From an uncultured Sphingomonadales bacterium (lineage in GTDB: Bacteria > Pseudomonadota > Alphaproteobacteria > Sphingomonadales > Sphingomonadaceae), in contig CALMGC010000235.1 of the NCBI GenBank assembly GCA_937863505.1, positions 1-39,499 on the forward strand: a DNA stretch of 39,499 bases, read 5' to 3'. Shown piece by piece: positions 21,502 to 31,629 of the stretch. A program made the translations under genes and the position numbers. Within the stretch, counting starts at the first letter, position 1. Every line of letters starts with the position of its first letter. The notes beneath the pieces are model-generated. The model did not search any database, was not told the origin of the DNA, and saw only the letters and a program-made list of their open reading frames with translations.

Positions 21502-22679
21502 CTCCTGCCGCCCGCGCCCAAGCCGCAATCGACCTGCTCGACGCCATCCTCCTCGCCGCGCGCGAGGGCGGGGCGGCGGCGGATACGCTGATCGCACGCT
21601 ACTTCGCCGCGCGCCGCTATGTCGGGTCCAAGGACCGGCGCGCGGTGCGCGAGCTTGTCTACGCCGCCATCCGCCGCGCGGGCGAGCCGCCCATTAGCGG
21701 GCGCGCGGCGCTGCTCGGGCTGGCGGAAGCGCAGCCGGAGGTTGCAGCCTTGTTCGATGGCTCTGCTCACGCACCTGCGCCGGTTGCGGCTGGAGAGCCG
21801 GTGGCCCCCGCCGGGGTCGCACCCGCGTGGCTGGAAGCGGCGCTCGACCGGTCCGGGCTGGACGCCGCCGAGCGTGTTGCGCTGGTCGCACGCGCGCCGC
21901 TCGACCTGCGAGTCAACACGCTGCGCGCCACCCGGGACGAGGTCCGCGCCGCGCTGCCCGACGCGCAGGCGGTTCCCAGCCTCCCCGACGCGCTCCGCCT
22001 GCCGACGGGCACGTCGATCGAGACGCACGATCTGTACCGCTCCGGCGCAGTGGAGGTGCAGGACGCGGGCAGCCAGTTCGTCGCGCTCGCCGCTTCGGTC
22101 GAGCCCGGAATGCGCGTCGTCGACCTGTGCGCGGGAGCGGGGGGCAAGACGCTCGCGCTCGCCGCCGCGATGCGGAACGCGGGCGAGTTGCTCGCCTGCG
22201 ACACCGACCGGGGGCGGTTGTCGCGCCTCGCGCCAAGGGCGGAGCGCGCGGGAGCGACCTGCATCACCACCTGCCTGCTCGACCCAGGCCGCGAGTTGCA
22301 GGCTCTGGAGAACTGGCGCGGAGCGGCGGACATGGTGCTCGTAGACGCGCCCTGCTCGGGCACGGGCACATGGCGGCGCAACCCGGAGGCGCGCTGGCGG
22401 CTGACGCCCGCTCGCATCGAGCGGCTGCTGGCGACGCAGGCGCATGTGCTCGACCTCGCGGCGGCGCTCATCCGTTCCGGCGGTGCGCTGGTCTACGCCG
22501 TCTGCTCGGTGCTCGACGCCGAAGCGCCCGATCAGGTCGCGGCGTTCGCGGAGCGCTCCGGCCTCACCCCCGAACCGCTCGCGCTCCCGCTCGGCACGCC
22601 GCGCGGCCCCGGCCTGCGGCTCACCCCCGCGCGCGACGGCACCGACGGCTTTTTCCTCGCGCGCCTGCGACGTGCGTGA
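21498..22679 (+). CDS. RsmB/NOP family RNA m5C methyltransferase
   Basis: TPAARAQAAI, GSKDRR, VQDAGSQ, DLCAGAGGKT, DAPCSGTG, YAVCS and TDGFF motifs. Confidence 0.93.
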
Positions 22680-22716
22680 TAACCGGTCCGCCATTGTGCC
22701 CACCCTGGAGACAATC

Positions 22717-23211
22717 ATGCGTGTCTCGTCCGTCGCCGTCGCCGCCGCGCTGACGATCGCCTGCCTGTCCGCCTCGCTCCAGAGCCAGCGGCCCGACGAC
22801 CAGATCGACCCGCGATCGACCGCGCTGCTCGTGCGCGGGCGGGCGGCGCGGGCCGCGGGCAACCTTCAACTTGCGACCGATCTGATGGAAAGCTCGGTGG
22901 CGGTGGACCCGCGCAACCGGGCCGCGTTCAAGGCGCTGGCCGAGGTGGCGGACGCGACCGGGCTGCCGGGCAAGGCGATCCGGCTGTATCGCGAGGCGCT
23001 GCTGCTCGAGCCCAACGATGTCGAGGCAATCAAGGGGCAGGGCGAGGCGCTGGTGCAGAAGGGCGCGGTCAACCGCGCGCGCGACAACCTCACCCGGTTG
23101 CGGACGCTGTGCCGGGGCGCTTGCCCGGAGGCGACGCAGCTCGCCGCCGCCATCGCCAAGGGCCCGCCGATCGCGACCGCGCAGGCGACGGTGCCGCCCG
23201 CGAAAGAATAG
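22717..23211 (+). CDS. Exported tetratricopeptide-repeat protein
   Basis: Signal peptide MRVSSVAVAAALTIA; TPR-like helices (AVDPRN, YREALLLEPND); GGAGA SD. Confidence 0.85.
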   Translation: MRVSSVAVAAALTIACLSASLQSQRPDDQIDPRSTALLVRGRAARAAGNLQLATDLMESSVAVDPRNRAAFKALAEVADATGLPGKAIRLYREALLLEPNDVEAIKGQGEALVQKGAVNRARDNLTRLRTLCRGACPEATQLAAAIAKGPPIATAQATVPPAKE

Positions 23212-23212
23212 T

Positions 23213-24052
23213 TCAGCCGAGCGCGCGGGCGAGCGCAATATACTCCCCGACGCTCACCGTTTCCGCCCGCCGGGTCGGGTCGATGCCGAACGCCTCCAGC
23301 GCGTCGAGCGCTCCCGGCAGGCCCTTGAGCGATTGCCGCAGCATTTTGCGCCGTTGCCCGAAGGCGGCGGCGGTGAGACGCTCCAGCGTTTCGACGCGGA
23401 CGCTCTCGGGCTGCTCGCCGGGGAGCAGGTGCACCACCGCCGACATCACCTTGGGGGGCGGCGTAAAGGCGGAGCGGTGGACCGTCATCGCGACCCGCGC
23501 CGAGGTGCGCCATTGGGCGAGCACCGACAGCCGCCCATACGCATCCGTATCCGGCGCGGCGATGATCCGGTCGGCCACTTCGCGCTGGAACATCAGCGTC
23601 AGCGACAGCCACCACGGTGGCCACTCCGTAGTCAGCCAGCGCACGAGCAGCGCGGTGCCGACATTATAAGGCAGGTTGGCGATGATGTGCGGTCGCCCGC
23701 TAAACAGCGCAGGCGCATCTACCGCAAGCGCATCGCCCTCGATCACGTGCAGCCGGCCGGGATAGGCCTCCGCCAGCTCGGCGAGCGCCGGCAGGCAGCG
23801 CGCATCGCGTTCCACCGCCGTCACCCGCGCGCCCGCCACCAGCAGCGCGCGGGTGAGCCCGCCGGGGCCGGGCCCGACCTCGAACACCTCCGCATCGGCA
23901 AGGTCGCCCGGCACCCGCGCGATGCGCGCGAGCAGCTGCGCGTCGAGCAGGAAGTTCTGCCCCAGCGCCTTGGACGCGCTCAGCCCGTGGCGCGCGATCA
24001 CCTCGCGAAGCGGGGGCAGCGCCGTTCCTGAGCTGATCGAAAAGCCCGTCAA
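23213..24052 (-). CDS. rsmA: 16S rRNA dimethyladenosine transferase
   Basis: [36 protein letters not shown] and FGQRRKML motifs. Confidence 0.97.
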   Translation of the reverse strand: MTGFSISSGTALPPLREVIARHGLSASKALGQNFLLDAQLLARIARVPGDLADAEVFEVGPGPGGLTRALLVAGARVTAVERDARCLPALAELAEAYPGRLHVIEGDALAVDAPALFSGRPHIIANLPYNVGTALLVRWLTTEWPPWWLSLTLMFQREVADRIIAAPDTDAYGRLSVLAQWRTSARVAMTVHRSAFTPPPKVMSAVVHLLPGEQPESVRVETLERLTAAAFGQRRKMLRQSLKGLPGALDALEAFGIDPTRRAETVSVGEYIALARALG

Positions 24053-25068
24053 CAGTGGGGAACGCGCGCCCGGTGCTCGACCGCCTCTGCCGCCATGCGG
24101 ATCGCCGCGATCGTCGCGCCCGGGTGCGCGCGGTCCTGCCCTGCGATCGAAAAGGCGGTGCCGTGGTCGGGCGAGGTGCGGACGATCGGCAGGCCCAGCG
24201 TCATGTTGACGCCTTCGTCGAAATACAGCGTCTTGATCGGCACCAGCGCCTGGTCATGGTAACAGCACAGCGCCACGTCATAGCCCGCCCGCGCGCGGTC
24301 GTGGAACATCGTGTCGGCGGAGAAAGGCCCGAGCGCGTCGATGCTCTCGGCGCGGAGCTGCTCGATTGCGGGCTGAAGAATCTCGATCTCCTCGCGCCCG
24401 ATCGTGCCCTGCTCGCCCGCGTGCGGATTGAACCCGGCAAAAGCGAGCCGCGGCGCGGCGACGCCGAAGTTGCGGTGGAGCCCCCGCGCGGTCGCGCGCG
24501 CCTTGGCGACGATCAGCTCGACGGAGAGCAGGCCGGGGACGCTCGCCAGCGGCACATGCGTGGTCATCGGTACGACGCGCAGGCCCGGTCCGGCGAGCAG
24601 CATCACCGCATTCTCGCCCGCGATGCCGCACCGCTCGGCGACGAACTCGGTCTGCCCGGCATAGGCGAAGCCGATCGCGTAGAGCTGCGCCTTGCTCACC
24701 GGCCCGGTCACCAGCGCGCGCGCCGCGCCCGATTGGGTCAGCCCGGCGGCGAGCTCGAGCGATCGCAACGCACAGCGCGCGCCCTCGACATCGGGCACAC
24801 CCGGAACGATCTCGCCCGCGTCGTCGATCGTCAGCACGGGCAGGCAGCGGGTGAAGGTCCCCGCGACCTCGGCCAGGTCGGTGATGCGCGCGACCGGGCC
24901 GCTCCAGACCCGCTCGATCGCGCGTACGTCGCCGATCGCGACAAAGGGGGGCAGCGCTTCCGCGCCCCGCCGCGCCCAAGCCTTGGCGATCACCTCCGGG
25001 CCGACGCCCGCCGGATCGCCCATCGCCACGGCGAGCGGCGCAACGCGACCGGGATCAGCGATATTCAA
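24049..25068 (-). CDS. pdxA: 4-hydroxythreonine-4-phosphate dehydrogenase
   Basis: [20 protein letters not shown] and [10 protein letters not shown] motifs. Confidence 0.96.
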   Translation of the reverse strand: MNIADPGRVAPLAVAMGDPAGVGPEVIAKAWARRGAEALPPFVAIGDVRAIERVWSGPVARITDLAEVAGTFTRCLPVLTIDDAGEIVPGVPDVEGARCALRSLELAAGLTQSGAARALVTGPVSKAQLYAIGFAYAGQTEFVAERCGIAGENAVMLLAGPGLRVVPMTTHVPLASVPGLLSVELIVAKARATARGLHRNFGVAAPRLAFAGFNPHAGEQGTIGREEIEILQPAIEQLRAESIDALGPFSADTMFHDRARAGYDVALCCYHDQALVPIKTLYFDEGVNMTLGLPIVRTSPDHGTAFSIAGQDRAHPGATIAAIRMAAEAVEHRARVPHC

Positions 25069-26407
25069 CGATCGCGTCGCGCCGGAGATCGCGAAGCAAC
25101 TGCTGCGCGCGCAGGTTCACCCGCTGCTGCTCCAACTGGCCCTGCACCGCCTGCGGGTTTGGGAGCGTGCCCGAGGTCGGGTCGTCGCGCCCGCACAGCA
25201 CCAGCGAGCGTACGCCCTCCTCGGGCGAGCCGAACGGGGGCGAGGCCTGCCCGACCTGCATTTTCAGGATGATCGCCTGGAGCGGCCCGGGCAGGTCGCG
25301 GATACGGATCGTGTCGTTGTTGACCACCTCCGCGCCGATCGTGGCGGCGCTCTTCTCCACCGCGCCGCAACCCTGGATGCTTTGCGTCAGCTTGGCGAAC
25401 TGCGCGGCGCGCTCGTTCGCCTGCGCCTGCGTGGTGCCTTCGGGAAAATGGACGGTCAGCTGTTTCAGGCTAAGCTTGGCGTCGCGCGGGTCGGCGGTCA
25501 GCACTTGGCGCTTGTCGACGAGGTACAGGATCGAATAACCGCCCGGCGTCTCGATCGGGCCCGCGACCTGGCCGATCTGCATCGCTTCCGCGGTCTTGGC
25601 GAGTTCGTCGGGCAGCGTGGCGGGGCGGACCCAATCGAGATCGCCGCCTTGCACCTTGGTGGTCGAGTCGGAAAAGTTGCGCGCATAATATTCGAACGGG
25701 GCCTTGCCCGTCTTGATCTGCTCCATCACCTGCTGCGCGCTCGACAGCGCCTGCGGCGCGCGGTCGCCATCGCCCTTGATGTAGATTTCGCGCAGGTGAT
25801 ACTCGTCGGTGCCCTTCGCGTCCTCCAGCCGTTTCAGGATTGCGGCCACCTCGGCCTCGCCGACGTTGATGTCGACCTTGCGATGGAGGTAGCGCTGCCA
25901 CACCAGTTCGCCCTCGATCTGGCGCTTGAGCGACCGGTCGGACGAGCCTTTCTCGCGCAGGTAGCGCGAGAACTCGGCGGGGGTGCGGTTGAAGTTCTGC
26001 GCGACGCGGTTGTAGCTTTCGGTGATCTCGTCGCTGGTCACCGATATGTCGCGCGCCCTCGCCTCCTGAATCTGGAGCGTCTCGTCGATCAGCTGCCGCA
26101 ACACCTGCAGCTTGAGCTTGGCGCGATCGTCGGCGGAAAGGTCGATGTTGTTCGCCGCGACGATCAGCGCGACGCGTTGATCGACATCGGTGCCGGTGAT
26201 CACCGTGTCGTTGACGATCGCGGTCGGCTTGCGGATGTTGGGGTCGAGCTTGCCGAAGATCTGCAGGTTGGTCGGGAATTTGAGGCCGGTCGCGTCGGGC
26301 ACTTCGGTGTCGGGCACCGTCTGCGCGCCCACGCCCGCCGTCAGCGCCAACGCCGCCGCGGTCACCGCCAGGCGCGCCGTTCGCGCCGCCAACCATCTGT
26401 TCGTCAT
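25055..26407 (-). CDS. surA: SurA-like periplasmic chaperone/peptidylprolyl isomerase
   Basis: Signal peptide, AIVNDTVIT, parvulin-like GGDLDW and [21 protein letters not shown]; lptD-surA-pdxA-rsmA order. Confidence 0.9.
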   Translation of the reverse strand: MTNRWLAARTARLAVTAAALALTAGVGAQTVPDTEVPDATGLKFPTNLQIFGKLDPNIRKPTAIVNDTVITGTDVDQRVALIVAANNIDLSADDRAKLKLQVLRQLIDETLQIQEARARDISVTSDEITESYNRVAQNFNRTPAEFSRYLREKGSSDRSLKRQIEGELVWQRYLHRKVDINVGEAEVAAILKRLEDAKGTDEYHLREIYIKGDGDRAPQALSSAQQVMEQIKTGKAPFEYYARNFSDSTTKVQGGDLDWVRPATLPDELAKTAEAMQIGQVAGPIETPGGYSILYLVDKRQVLTADPRDAKLSLKQLTVHFPEGTTQAQANERAAQFAKLTQSIQGCGAVEKSAATIGAEVVNNDTIRIRDLPGPLQAIILKMQVGQASPPFGSPEEGVRSLVLCGRDDPTSGTLPNPQAVQGQLEQQRVNLRAQQLLRDLRRDAIVEYR

Positions 26408-26517
26408 CACTCGCCTATCCCGTGCCACGCCGGACGGACACCGCATCCGCTTGCCGGTCCCCGCCTGAACCGCGGCTTAGCGCGGTTGCGCGCGCGAGGG
26501 AACCATTGCGCGCCGCA

Positions 26518-28758
26518 TCACCGCCCGAGGTTCTTGAGCGACAGCGTCAGCAAATATCCGTTGCCCGCCCGCGCGTCGCCGGTGTTCGCGTAGTTGCGCC
26601 GCCAGGTGAAGCCGAGGCGAAGGCAATCGTCCTCATATTGCACGCCGAGCCGGTGGCGGATCGGCTGAAAACCGTCGGACAAGGAGGACGGGTCCTCCGC
26701 GCGGCTGGTCAGGTCGATGACGATCGAGCCGAACGCCGACCAGAAGCGGCTGATCTGCACCCGCCCGGCGACCCGTGCCTCCTGGCTGTTGGGCAGGTCC
26801 TCGAACAACGGCATGATGTCCCGGTTGAGCCGGGTATAGCCGAGCAGGACGTAGGTGCTGTTGCTCCCGACCGTCGCATCCACCTCGTTGCGGCGCACGG
26901 TGAAGTTGTTGTGGTCGATGCGGTAGCGGATCGTCAACGCGACGAGGTCGCGCCATTTAAGGTCGCTGCGCCCTACGAAATCGGAGAACTTGTCCGACAA
27001 TCCGGTGCCCGGAAAGAAGATCTCCGGGCGGGAGGAAAAACGGTAGCTCTGCCCGATCTGGTTGTCGAACGTCACCGCGCCATGGTCCACCGCCCAGTCG
27101 ACGCCATAGGTCGCGCGGCTGGAGTCCTCATAGCGGTCGTACCCGGGGAAGCGGTTGAGCGCGAACAGGTTGGTGTCGTCGAGATCGACCGCGCGCGAGT
27201 CCTCGTTGGGGATTTCGAGGTTTTTGATCCGGGGACTCGCGACGATCTGGAACCGCGGGGTGATCCGCTGCGTGCCGCCCCAGAACGCGCCCACCAACGG
27301 CCATTGCACGTCGACGGACAGCGAGCCGATCGCGCGGCCCTGGATGCCCTCAACACCGCGATAGCTGGGCACCGGGTCATCGAGCGTATTCTGCGCGTCG
27401 TACACGTCGCCGCGCGCATAGGCGGTGAAGGTCACCTCCTGCCCCATGGTGGTCAGCTTGCGCAGGTCCCAGCGCAGCCCCGCGAACGCGCGCTGCGTAT
27501 CCTGCCCCTCCGTCCGGGTCAGCGCGAGCGTATTGAGTTCCAATTCCAACTTGCCGCCGAGCAGGCCGTCGTCGAACCGGCGACGGTAATCGAGCTCGGG
27601 AAACGCGAAAGGCTGCATCCCCTGCCGGTCGTTGATCCGCAGCGTCTGCACCGCCCAGCCGTCGATCGACAGATAGGAATTGTCCTCGATCCGCTCGGCT
27701 TTCAGCGTGCTGCGAAGCCGGTCGTCATAGGAGAGCTCATAGCGGCGCTCGAACGTCTTGTCGGTCGCGACGCGGATCGAGCCGGACAGGCTCCACGCCG
27801 GGCTGAGCTGAAACCGGCCTACCGCGTCGAAATAGCCGCGGAACGCTTCCGTGGTCCCGACCGCGCCGGTGATGAGGTCGTCGCTGCGCCGGCTCACCGT
27901 CCCGTACGCCGTCACGCGATACGCGCCGAGGCTGGTCAGCTGCTCATACTCCGCCTTGATCATCGGCAGGGTATTGGTGAACACATAGGGCGTCAGCGTC
28001 AGCGAGCGGTTGGGCGCGAGCCGGACGAAATACGGCACCGCGGCCCACAACCCGTTCGCGCGGGTGTAGCGGAAGTCGGGGCTGAGCAGCCCGCTGCTCG
28101 CATCGCCGCCGACCGGGTTGGACAGATCGGGCAGCGGCACGGACGGCAGGCCGAACAGATGCAGCCGCGCGCCGCGATAATAGATGCGGTGCTTATCCGG
28201 GCGATAGGTCACGCGCACCGCCGTCACCCGCCAGCTCGGGTTCTTGGGACACCCGTCGGAGGTGGTGACCGAACAGGGTGTATAAGACGCGTCGGTCAGC
28301 ACCGTCGTCCCGTCGGCGTCGCGCGCGCCGTGCTCCGCCGCGATCCGCCCGCCACGCTGGAGCACCAGCAGCATGTTGTCGACCGTGCCGTCCTTCAGCG
28401 CGTCGGTCAGCTCGACCGTGTCGCCATAGGCGATGTCGCCGGTCCGGTTGACGGTGGCGACGTTGCCGTTGGCGATCACCTTGCCGGTCTTGCGGTTCCA
28501 GACGACCTGGTCCGCGCGCAGGCGACTGCCATTGCGCGTCATCCGCACCTCGCCGGTGGCGGTGACGATGTCCGCGTTCTGGTCGTAGTCAAGCGTGTTG
28601 GCGGAAAAGCCGATCTGGTCCGGGTCGGCGGGCGCGGCGATCGCGTCGGTGGTGGGCGGCGCGGTGGGGCGGGCTTGCAGGTCCTGCGCGCTCGCGGGGT
28701 GCGCGATTGCGATCGCGAGCGGCGCCACGCCGCCGACCAGGCCTGCCCACCGCGTCAC
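26518..28758 (-). CDS. lptD: LptD/OstA outer-membrane assembly protein
   Basis: Signal peptide, OstA-like N domain, YTPC...C, SGLLSP, IPNEDS, NRFPGYDR and YEDDC. Confidence 0.94.
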   Translation of the reverse strand: MTRWAGLVGGVAPLAIAIAHPASAQDLQARPTAPPTTDAIAAPADPDQIGFSANTLDYDQNADIVTATGEVRMTRNGSRLRADQVVWNRKTGKVIANGNVATVNRTGDIAYGDTVELTDALKDGTVDNMLLVLQRGGRIAAEHGARDADGTTVLTDASYTPCSVTTSDGCPKNPSWRVTAVRVTYRPDKHRIYYRGARLHLFGLPSVPLPDLSNPVGGDASSGLLSPDFRYTRANGLWAAVPYFVRLAPNRSLTLTPYVFTNTLPMIKAEYEQLTSLGAYRVTAYGTVSRRSDDLITGAVGTTEAFRGYFDAVGRFQLSPAWSLSGSIRVATDKTFERRYELSYDDRLRSTLKAERIEDNSYLSIDGWAVQTLRINDRQGMQPFAFPELDYRRRFDDGLLGGKLELELNTLALTRTEGQDTQRAFAGLRWDLRKLTTMGQEVTFTAYARGDVYDAQNTLDDPVPSYRGVEGIQGRAIGSLSVDVQWPLVGAFWGGTQRITPRFQIVASPRIKNLEIPNEDSRAVDLDDTNLFALNRFPGYDRYEDSSRATYGVDWAVDHGAVTFDNQIGQSYRFSSRPEIFFPGTGLSDKFSDFVGRSDLKWRDLVALTIRYRIDHNNFTVRRNEVDATVGSNSTYVLLGYTRLNRDIMPLFEDLPNSQEARVAGRVQISRFWSAFGSIVIDLTSRAEDPSSLSDGFQPIRHRLGVQYEDDCLRLGFTWRRNYANTGDARAGNGYLLTLSLKNLGR

Positions 28759-28912
28759 GCGTCTTTGTCACCCCATCGGCCCACCGGTTCGGCGTCCGCC
28801 CGCTGCGCCTATCGCATCGCCGGGCCGGAGCCGCAATGGAAGAGGAGCAACCGTGCTGGACGCACCGCGACCGGCGGGCCTAAGGAACCGGGGCACGACA
28901 AGGACTTGCCCC

Positions 28913-30385
28913 ATGAAGATCAGCTTCGCCGTCACCCCCGCCGCCGACGCGCCCGTGCTTGCGCTGCCGGTCGAGACGGGGGGCATGGTCCGGCTCTCGG
29001 GCGATACGCTCGGCGAGGCGGGGCTGCGGCTCGCGCGCGCGGCGTCGGCGGGCAACAGGTTCGAGGGCGAGGCAGGCGGACTGGTCGAGCTGTTCGTGCC
29101 CGCGGGCGAGGGCGCGCGGCGCGTGCTGTTGCTCGGCGTCGGCGGCGGCAGCGAGGCCGAGTGGGAGAAGGCGGGTGGGGCGCTCACCGCGCGGCTGCTG
29201 ACCTCGGGTGTCGAGAGTGCGACCGCCGACCTGTCGGGCGCGTCGCCGAGCGCGAAGGCGGCGGCGCGCTTCGCGGGCGCGGCGGCGCAGCGCGCGTGGC
29301 GGCACGACGTGTATCGCACCAAGCTCCCCGACAAGTCGAAACCGACGCTGACCGAGATCGTGGTCGCGGGCGCGCCGGAGGGAACGCAAGCGACCTGGAC
29401 CGCGCAGGACGCGGTGACGCAGGGGCTTGCGCTCGCCCGCACGCTCGCGGCCGAGCCGCCCAACCTCCTTTATCCCGAGACCTTCGTCGAGCAGGTGACC
29501 AAGAGCGTCGATGGCCTCGGGCTCGAGGTGATCGTGCTCGACGAGGCGGCGATGCGCGCGGAGGGCATGGGCGCGCTGCTCGGCGTGTCGCAAGGTTCGG
29601 CGCGCGAAGCTCGCCTGCTCGCGCTCAAGTGGCGCGGGGCGGGGGAGGGCGACCCGCTGCTGGCGCTGGTCGGGAAGGGCGTGACGTTCGACACCGGCGG
29701 CATCTCGATCAAGCCCGCCGCGGGCATGGAGGACATGAAGTGGGACATGGGCGGCGCGGGCGCGGTCGCGGGGGCGATGAAGGCGCTCGCGACCCGCAAG
29801 GCGCGCGCCAACGTCATCGGCGTCATGGGCCTCGTCGAGAACATGCCCGACGGCAACGCGCAGCGCCCGGGCGACATCGTCACCTCCATGTCCGGCCAGA
29901 CGATCGAGGTGCTCAACACCGACGCCGAGGGGCGGCTGGTGCTCGCCGACGCGATCACCTGGGTGCAGCGGCATCACAAGCCCGCCACGATCATCGACCT
30001 CGCGACGCTGACCGGCGCGATGATCGTCGCGCTGGGGCATGAGCATGGCGGGCTGTTTGCCAACGACGACGCGCTCGCCGAGCAGCTGCTGGCGGCGGGG
30101 CGGGCGAGCGGCGATCTGCTGTGGCGCTTCCCGCTGGGGGACGCGTACAACAAGCTGATCGACAGCCCCATCGCGGACATGAAGAACATCGGCGGCAAGG
30201 GCGCGGGCTCGATCACGGCGGCGCAGTTCATCGGGCGCTTCGTCGAGGAAGGCGTGAAATGGGCGCATCTCGACATCGCCGGGATGGTCTGGGCGGACAA
30301 GCCGGGCGCGACCTACGACAAAGGCGCGACCGGGTACGGGGTGAGGGTGCTCGACCGGTTCGTGGCGGAGAATGTGGAGGGGTGA
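28913..30385 (+). CDS. pepA: Leucyl aminopeptidase (M17)
   Basis: VGKGVTFDTGG, MKWDMGG, NTDAEGRLVL, DLATLTGA and WAHLDIAG motifs. Confidence 0.96.
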   Translation: MKISFAVTPAADAPVLALPVETGGMVRLSGDTLGEAGLRLARAASAGNRFEGEAGGLVELFVPAGEGARRVLLLGVGGGSEAEWEKAGGALTARLLTSGVESATADLSGASPSAKAAARFAGAAAQRAWRHDVYRTKLPDKSKPTLTEIVVAGAPEGTQATWTAQDAVTQGLALARTLAAEPPNLLYPETFVEQVTKSVDGLGLEVIVLDEAAMRAEGMGALLGVSQGSAREARLLALKWRGAGEGDPLLALVGKGVTFDTGGISIKPAAGMEDMKWDMGGAGAVAGAMKALATRKARANVIGVMGLVENMPDGNAQRPGDIVTSMSGQTIEVLNTDAEGRLVLADAITWVQRHHKPATIIDLATLTGAMIVALGHEHGGLFANDDALAEQLLAAGRASGDLLWRFPLGDAYNKLIDSPIADMKNIGGKGAGSITAAQFIGRFVEEGVKWAHLDIAGMVWADKPGATYDKGATGYGVRVLDRFVAENVEG

Positions 30386-30391
30386 AAGGTC

Positions 30392-30475
30392 CCCCTCCCG
30401 CTTGCGGGAGGGGTTAGGGGTGGGCAGGGTAGCGTGGCGTTATGAACAATCCCAGCCCCTCCCGCAAGCGGGAGG
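30392..30475. repeat. REP-like inverted palindromic pair
   Basis: cccctcccgcttgcgggagggg (30392-30413) and cccctcccgcaagcgggagg (30456-30475). Each is a hairpin, and the two are reverse complements over 20 bp. Confidence 0.85.
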
Positions 30476-30480
30476 CGAGT

Positions 30481-30921
30481 ATGCAGGTCGACTTCTACCA
30501 CCTCACCGCCACCCACCTCGACCGCGCGCTGCCCTCGATCGCGGAGCGGGTGATCGCCACCGGCGGTCGCCTGCTGATCGTTGCCGAGGGCGACGCGCAA
30601 CGCGCGGCGCTCGACCGTCTGTTGTGGAACTATGCCCCCGACAGCTTCCTGCCCCACGCGATAGCGGGCGCGGACGACGACGCGGCGCAACCCGTGCTGA
30701 TCGCCCCGGACGTCAACGCCGCCAACCACGCCCGTCATATCGCGCTGGTCGACGGTCAGTGGCGCGACGAAGCGCTCAAGTTCGACCGCGCGTTCCACTT
30801 CTTCGACAGCGACCACATCCGCGCCGCGCGGGAGGCGTGGAAAGGCTTGGCGGGGAGGGAGAGCGTCGAGCGGCGCTACTGGAAGCAGAACGACGCGGGG
30901 CGGTGGGAGCAGGCGGCCTAA
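30481..30921 (+). CDS. holC: DNA polymerase III chi subunit
   Basis: MQVDFYHL, LDRLLW...SFLPH, QPVLI and AREAWK...YWKQ; pepA-holC synteny. Confidence 0.93.
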   Translation: MQVDFYHLTATHLDRALPSIAERVIATGGRLLIVAEGDAQRAALDRLLWNYAPDSFLPHAIAGADDDAAQPVLIAPDVNAANHARHIALVDGQWRDEALKFDRAFHFFDSDHIRAAREAWKGLAGRESVERRYWKQNDAGRWEQAA

Positions 30922-30933
30922 CGCGCCGCCTGT

Positions 30934-31368
30934 TCACCTAAATGCTTGATCCGCGAAAACGGCTAAAAGCATTGCTGCCAAAGTAACCGCGCAGAGCACG
31001 TACGTGACGAACTGTTGGGGGGCGAGGCCTAGCGGGCGGGGTGTTCCGGCGACGAACTCGGGGTCGGTCCACCCCGTACCCGGAAACAACGGCGCAAATG
31101 CCATGGCGACGAAATAGCTCGCTGCAACCGCTCCGGCGGTCAACAGCGACCGCAGCGTGAGCGGCCGCGACGTGAACAGGATCGCCAGCGCCAGCGACCC
31201 GTTGATCACGCCCATCAGCATCGTCTGGCCGTTGTGGAACTTGGCGTGCGGCGGCCAGAGCGGGTTCCAGAGATGCTGCTTGGCGGTGCTCGGGACGACC
31301 GCGTCCGCGACCACGCCACCGTAGTTGAAGACCGCGACCAGCGCGATCAGCCACCTTGCGATTTCCAT
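30934..31368 (-). CDS. Four-TM membrane protein (resembles DUF6640 family)
   Basis: Hydrophobic helices plus HLWNPLWPPHAKFHNGQT motif; GAGG upstream of the ATG. Family name recalled, not searched. Confidence 0.75.
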   Translation of the reverse strand: MEIARWLIALVAVFNYGGVVADAVVPSTAKQHLWNPLWPPHAKFHNGQTMLMGVINGSLALAILFTSRPLTLRSLLTAGAVAASYFVAMAFAPLFPGTGWTDPEFVAGTPRPLGLAPQQFVTYVLCAVTLAAMLLAVFADQAFR

Positions 31369-31533
31369 CGGACATACCTCTTCCACCGCTCGGAAAAGGA
31401 CGTGCCGGATGTCCGCGCTGCAAGCGGCGACTCGTACGAGCGTAAATGCCACCCGGACTACCTACCGGGCCGTGACTTTTACACGTCCATCGCCGCGATG
31501 CGCTGCGTGGTCCTGTTCGTCAAGACTTCGTAG

Positions 31534-31629
31534 CCGCGCGTCGCTTGGACGGAAGTCAGCGCGCGGGAAGGCGGGGAGCGGCGCTACTGGAAGCAGAACG
31601 ACGCGGTTGATCGGGAGCAGGCGGGGTGA
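31534..31629 (+). pseudogene. Degenerate duplicate of the holC 3' end
   Basis: Translates PRVAWTEVSAREGGERRYWKQNDAVDREQAG* versus HolC AREAWKGLAGRESVERRYWKQNDAGRWEQAA*; 31576-31606 is identical to 30868-30898 (31 bp). Confidence 0.85.

Noticed and set aside
26466-26480. CtrA-like site (minus strand CTAA-N7-TTCA) upstream of surA
   Set aside because: Two mismatches to TTAA-N7-TTAA; too weak to call.
26422-30042. 1206-aa plus-strand ORF
   Set aside because: Antisense shadow of lptD running into an alternate frame of pepA; Arg/Ala/Gly-rich, no motifs, expected at this GC content.
30442-30480. Upstream holC start (MNNPSPSRKREAS)
   Set aside because: It translates the REP arm; the family N-terminus MQVDFY begins at 30481.
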